Part shown: piece after piece, positions 62,050 to 64,000 of the stretch | Layout: each line of letters starts with the position of its first letter | Numbering within the stretch: the stretch's first letter is position 1 | Source: Octopus sinensis | Lineage: Eukaryota | DNA: 64,000 bases | Assembly (NCBI RefSeq): GCF_006345805.1 | Contig: NC_043014.1 | Location: 43,958,001-44,022,000 of the forward strand | Direction of reading: 5' to 3' | Translations under genes and position numbers: made by a program | The notes under the pieces: generated by a model | Databases searched by the model: none | Seen by the model: the letters and a program-made list of their open reading frames with translations, nothing else | What the model was told of the DNA's origin: nothing

Positions 62050-62672
62050 AGTGTGTGTGTGTGTATGTGCGTGTGTGTGTGAGTGTGTGTGTGTGTGTGA
62101 GTGTGTGTGAGTGTGTGTGTGTGTGTGAGTGTGGTGTGGTGTGTGTGTGTGTGAGTGTGTGTGTGTGTGTGAGTGTATGTGTGTGTGTGAGTGTGTGGTG
62201 GTGTGTGTGAGTGTGTGTGTGAGTGTGGTGTTGTGTGTGAGTGTGTGTGTGGTGTGTGTGTGAGTGTGTGTGGTGTGTGCGTGTGTGTGAGTGTGTGTGT
62301 GGTGTGTGTGTGTGTGTGTGAGGTGGTGTGTGTGTGTGAGTGGTGTGGTGTGTGTGTGAGTGGTGTGTGGTTTGTGTGTGTGAGTGTGTGTGTGTGTGAG
62401 TGGTTGTGTGTGGTGTGAGTGTGTGTGTGTGTGAGTGTGTGTGTGTGTGTAGTGTGTGTGTGTTGTGTGAGTGTGTGTGATGTGTGTGTGTGTGTGTGAG
62501 GTGTGTTGTGTGTAGTGTGTGTGTGAGTGGTTGTGTGGTGTGTGTGAGTGTGTGTGAGTGTGGTGTGAGTGTGTGTGTGTGTGTGATTGTGTGTGTGTGT
62601 GTGTGTGAGTGTGTGTGGTGTGTGTGGTCAGTGTTGTGTGTGTGTGTGAGTGGTGTGTGTGTGTGTGTGTGT
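62050..62672. repeat. Imperfect (GT)n/(GTGA) microsatellite, ~620 bp
   Basis: Visible. Confidence 0.95.
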
Positions 62673-62953
62673 AGTATGTTGTCGTTATTTCAATGTCTGT
62701 TCTCTCCTATGCTGCCTACCATAGGCTGGGTGCTTGCGCAACACCATATTACATTCACAGGGCCTTGTATGTTCTTAATTCCTTTCCATTTGCAATTGGT
62801 GCCTATTCTTATACGTTTAGTTACTGCTACATTTTGTCACCTAGAATACTTTGACTATTCATATAACAAATTTGTACATTGCTTGTGAGATTTTAGTTGT
62901 GTTATCTTTGTAGTAATTTAATGTTATATATTATATATATGTATGGTAATATA

Positions 62954-63006
<53 letters not shown>

Positions 63007-63076
63007 CTTCACAGACCCCAGTAGAACCGTCCAACCCATGCTAGCATGGAAAACGGACGCTAAACGATGATGATGA

Positions 63077-63116
<40 letters not shown>

Positions 63117-63125
63117 TGTTGTGTC

Positions 63126-63276
63126 TGGGGAGAATCATTTTCTTTTTGTGCCTTATAATTTAACACACTCACCGGTAAAATTTCCACATTTCTTTTTTTT
63201 TTATTTTCCTAAAAGTGGAAATTTTACCAGTGAGTGTGTTAAATTATAAGGCACAAAAAGAAAATGATTCTCCCCA
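63126..63276. repeat. Near-perfect inverted repeat (~62-bp arms, 27-nt spacer) within (TA)n/(CA)n
   Basis: tggggagaatcattttc...aaaatttccac / gtggaaattttacc...gattctcccca, one mismatch. Confidence 0.9.
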
Positions 63277-63357
63277 CATGTATACACACACACACATATA
63301 TATACACATGTATATATACACATATATATACATATATATATGCATATGATGATGCTG

Positions 63358-63407
<50 letters not shown>

Positions 63408-64000
63408 TACATATACACATACATACATATATACATACACACACATATATATATATACACATGCATACATACACACATACATATACATACATACACACAT
63501 GCATATATATATATATATATATGCGCACACACACACATATATACACACACACACATATTGTCATCATAATCATTTTAACATCCATTTATCCATGCTTCCT
63601 TGGGTTAGACAAAGTTTACTGAAGAAGATTTTCTATGGCCAGGTGGCACTTTCTGTTGCCAACCCTCATCCAGCTGTAGAGAGCAAGCCAGTGTCAGACT
63701 GGATCCTGGTGCAGCTCTCCAGCCTGCCACTTCCAGTCAAACACCCTAACCCATGCCAACATGGAAAGCAGATACTAAATGATGATGATGATATATGTAT
63801 CATTCTAGAATATATTCTTTAGGAAAGTGTTGTTTGCAATTCATTTGCCTCACCAAAACTGGTCCCTCGTAAACTGGTCCCCAAATCTGATACCAAAACT
63901 GGTCCACCATTTTGGTGTTATAAAAAAGTACCTGTGTCAGTGCCATGTAGAAAAGTGCCCTAGCTGGTGTCATGTAAAAAGCACTCATAGTGATCCTGCA

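Overview
AT-rich, repeat-dense eukaryotic DNA; the SINE families and microsatellite load look like an octopus (coleoid cephalopod) genome, which is my inference. The window is dominated by one + strand gene. I can splice 17 exons (384-48544) with GT-AG boundaries and consistent phases into about 2,284 codons, open at both ends. It encodes a NUGGC/SLIP-GC-like dynamin-superfamily GTPase (G1 GDTGAGKS, G2 [11 protein letters not shown]3 DLPG, G4 TKSD). The GTPase is preceded by a ~1,500-aa low-complexity N-terminal region with SUMO-site, SIM-like and NLS-like motifs, and carries a long coiled-coil/acidic/poly-Asn insert. The introns hold tRNA-derived SINEs, RTE-type LINE fragments (one apparently 5'-inverted), a deleted mariner, piggyBac-like and hAT-like MITEs, non-autonomous Helitrons, two minisatellites and many microsatellites. 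The most unexpected signal is a set of type I hammerhead-ribozyme-like motifs of the kind carried by Penelope-like elements: a mirror pair in a perfect 66-bp inverted repeat at 55058-55210, one at 61051-61143, and a CUGUUGA variant family. Several short fold-back elements accompany them. There are no prokaryotic features or CRISPR arrays.
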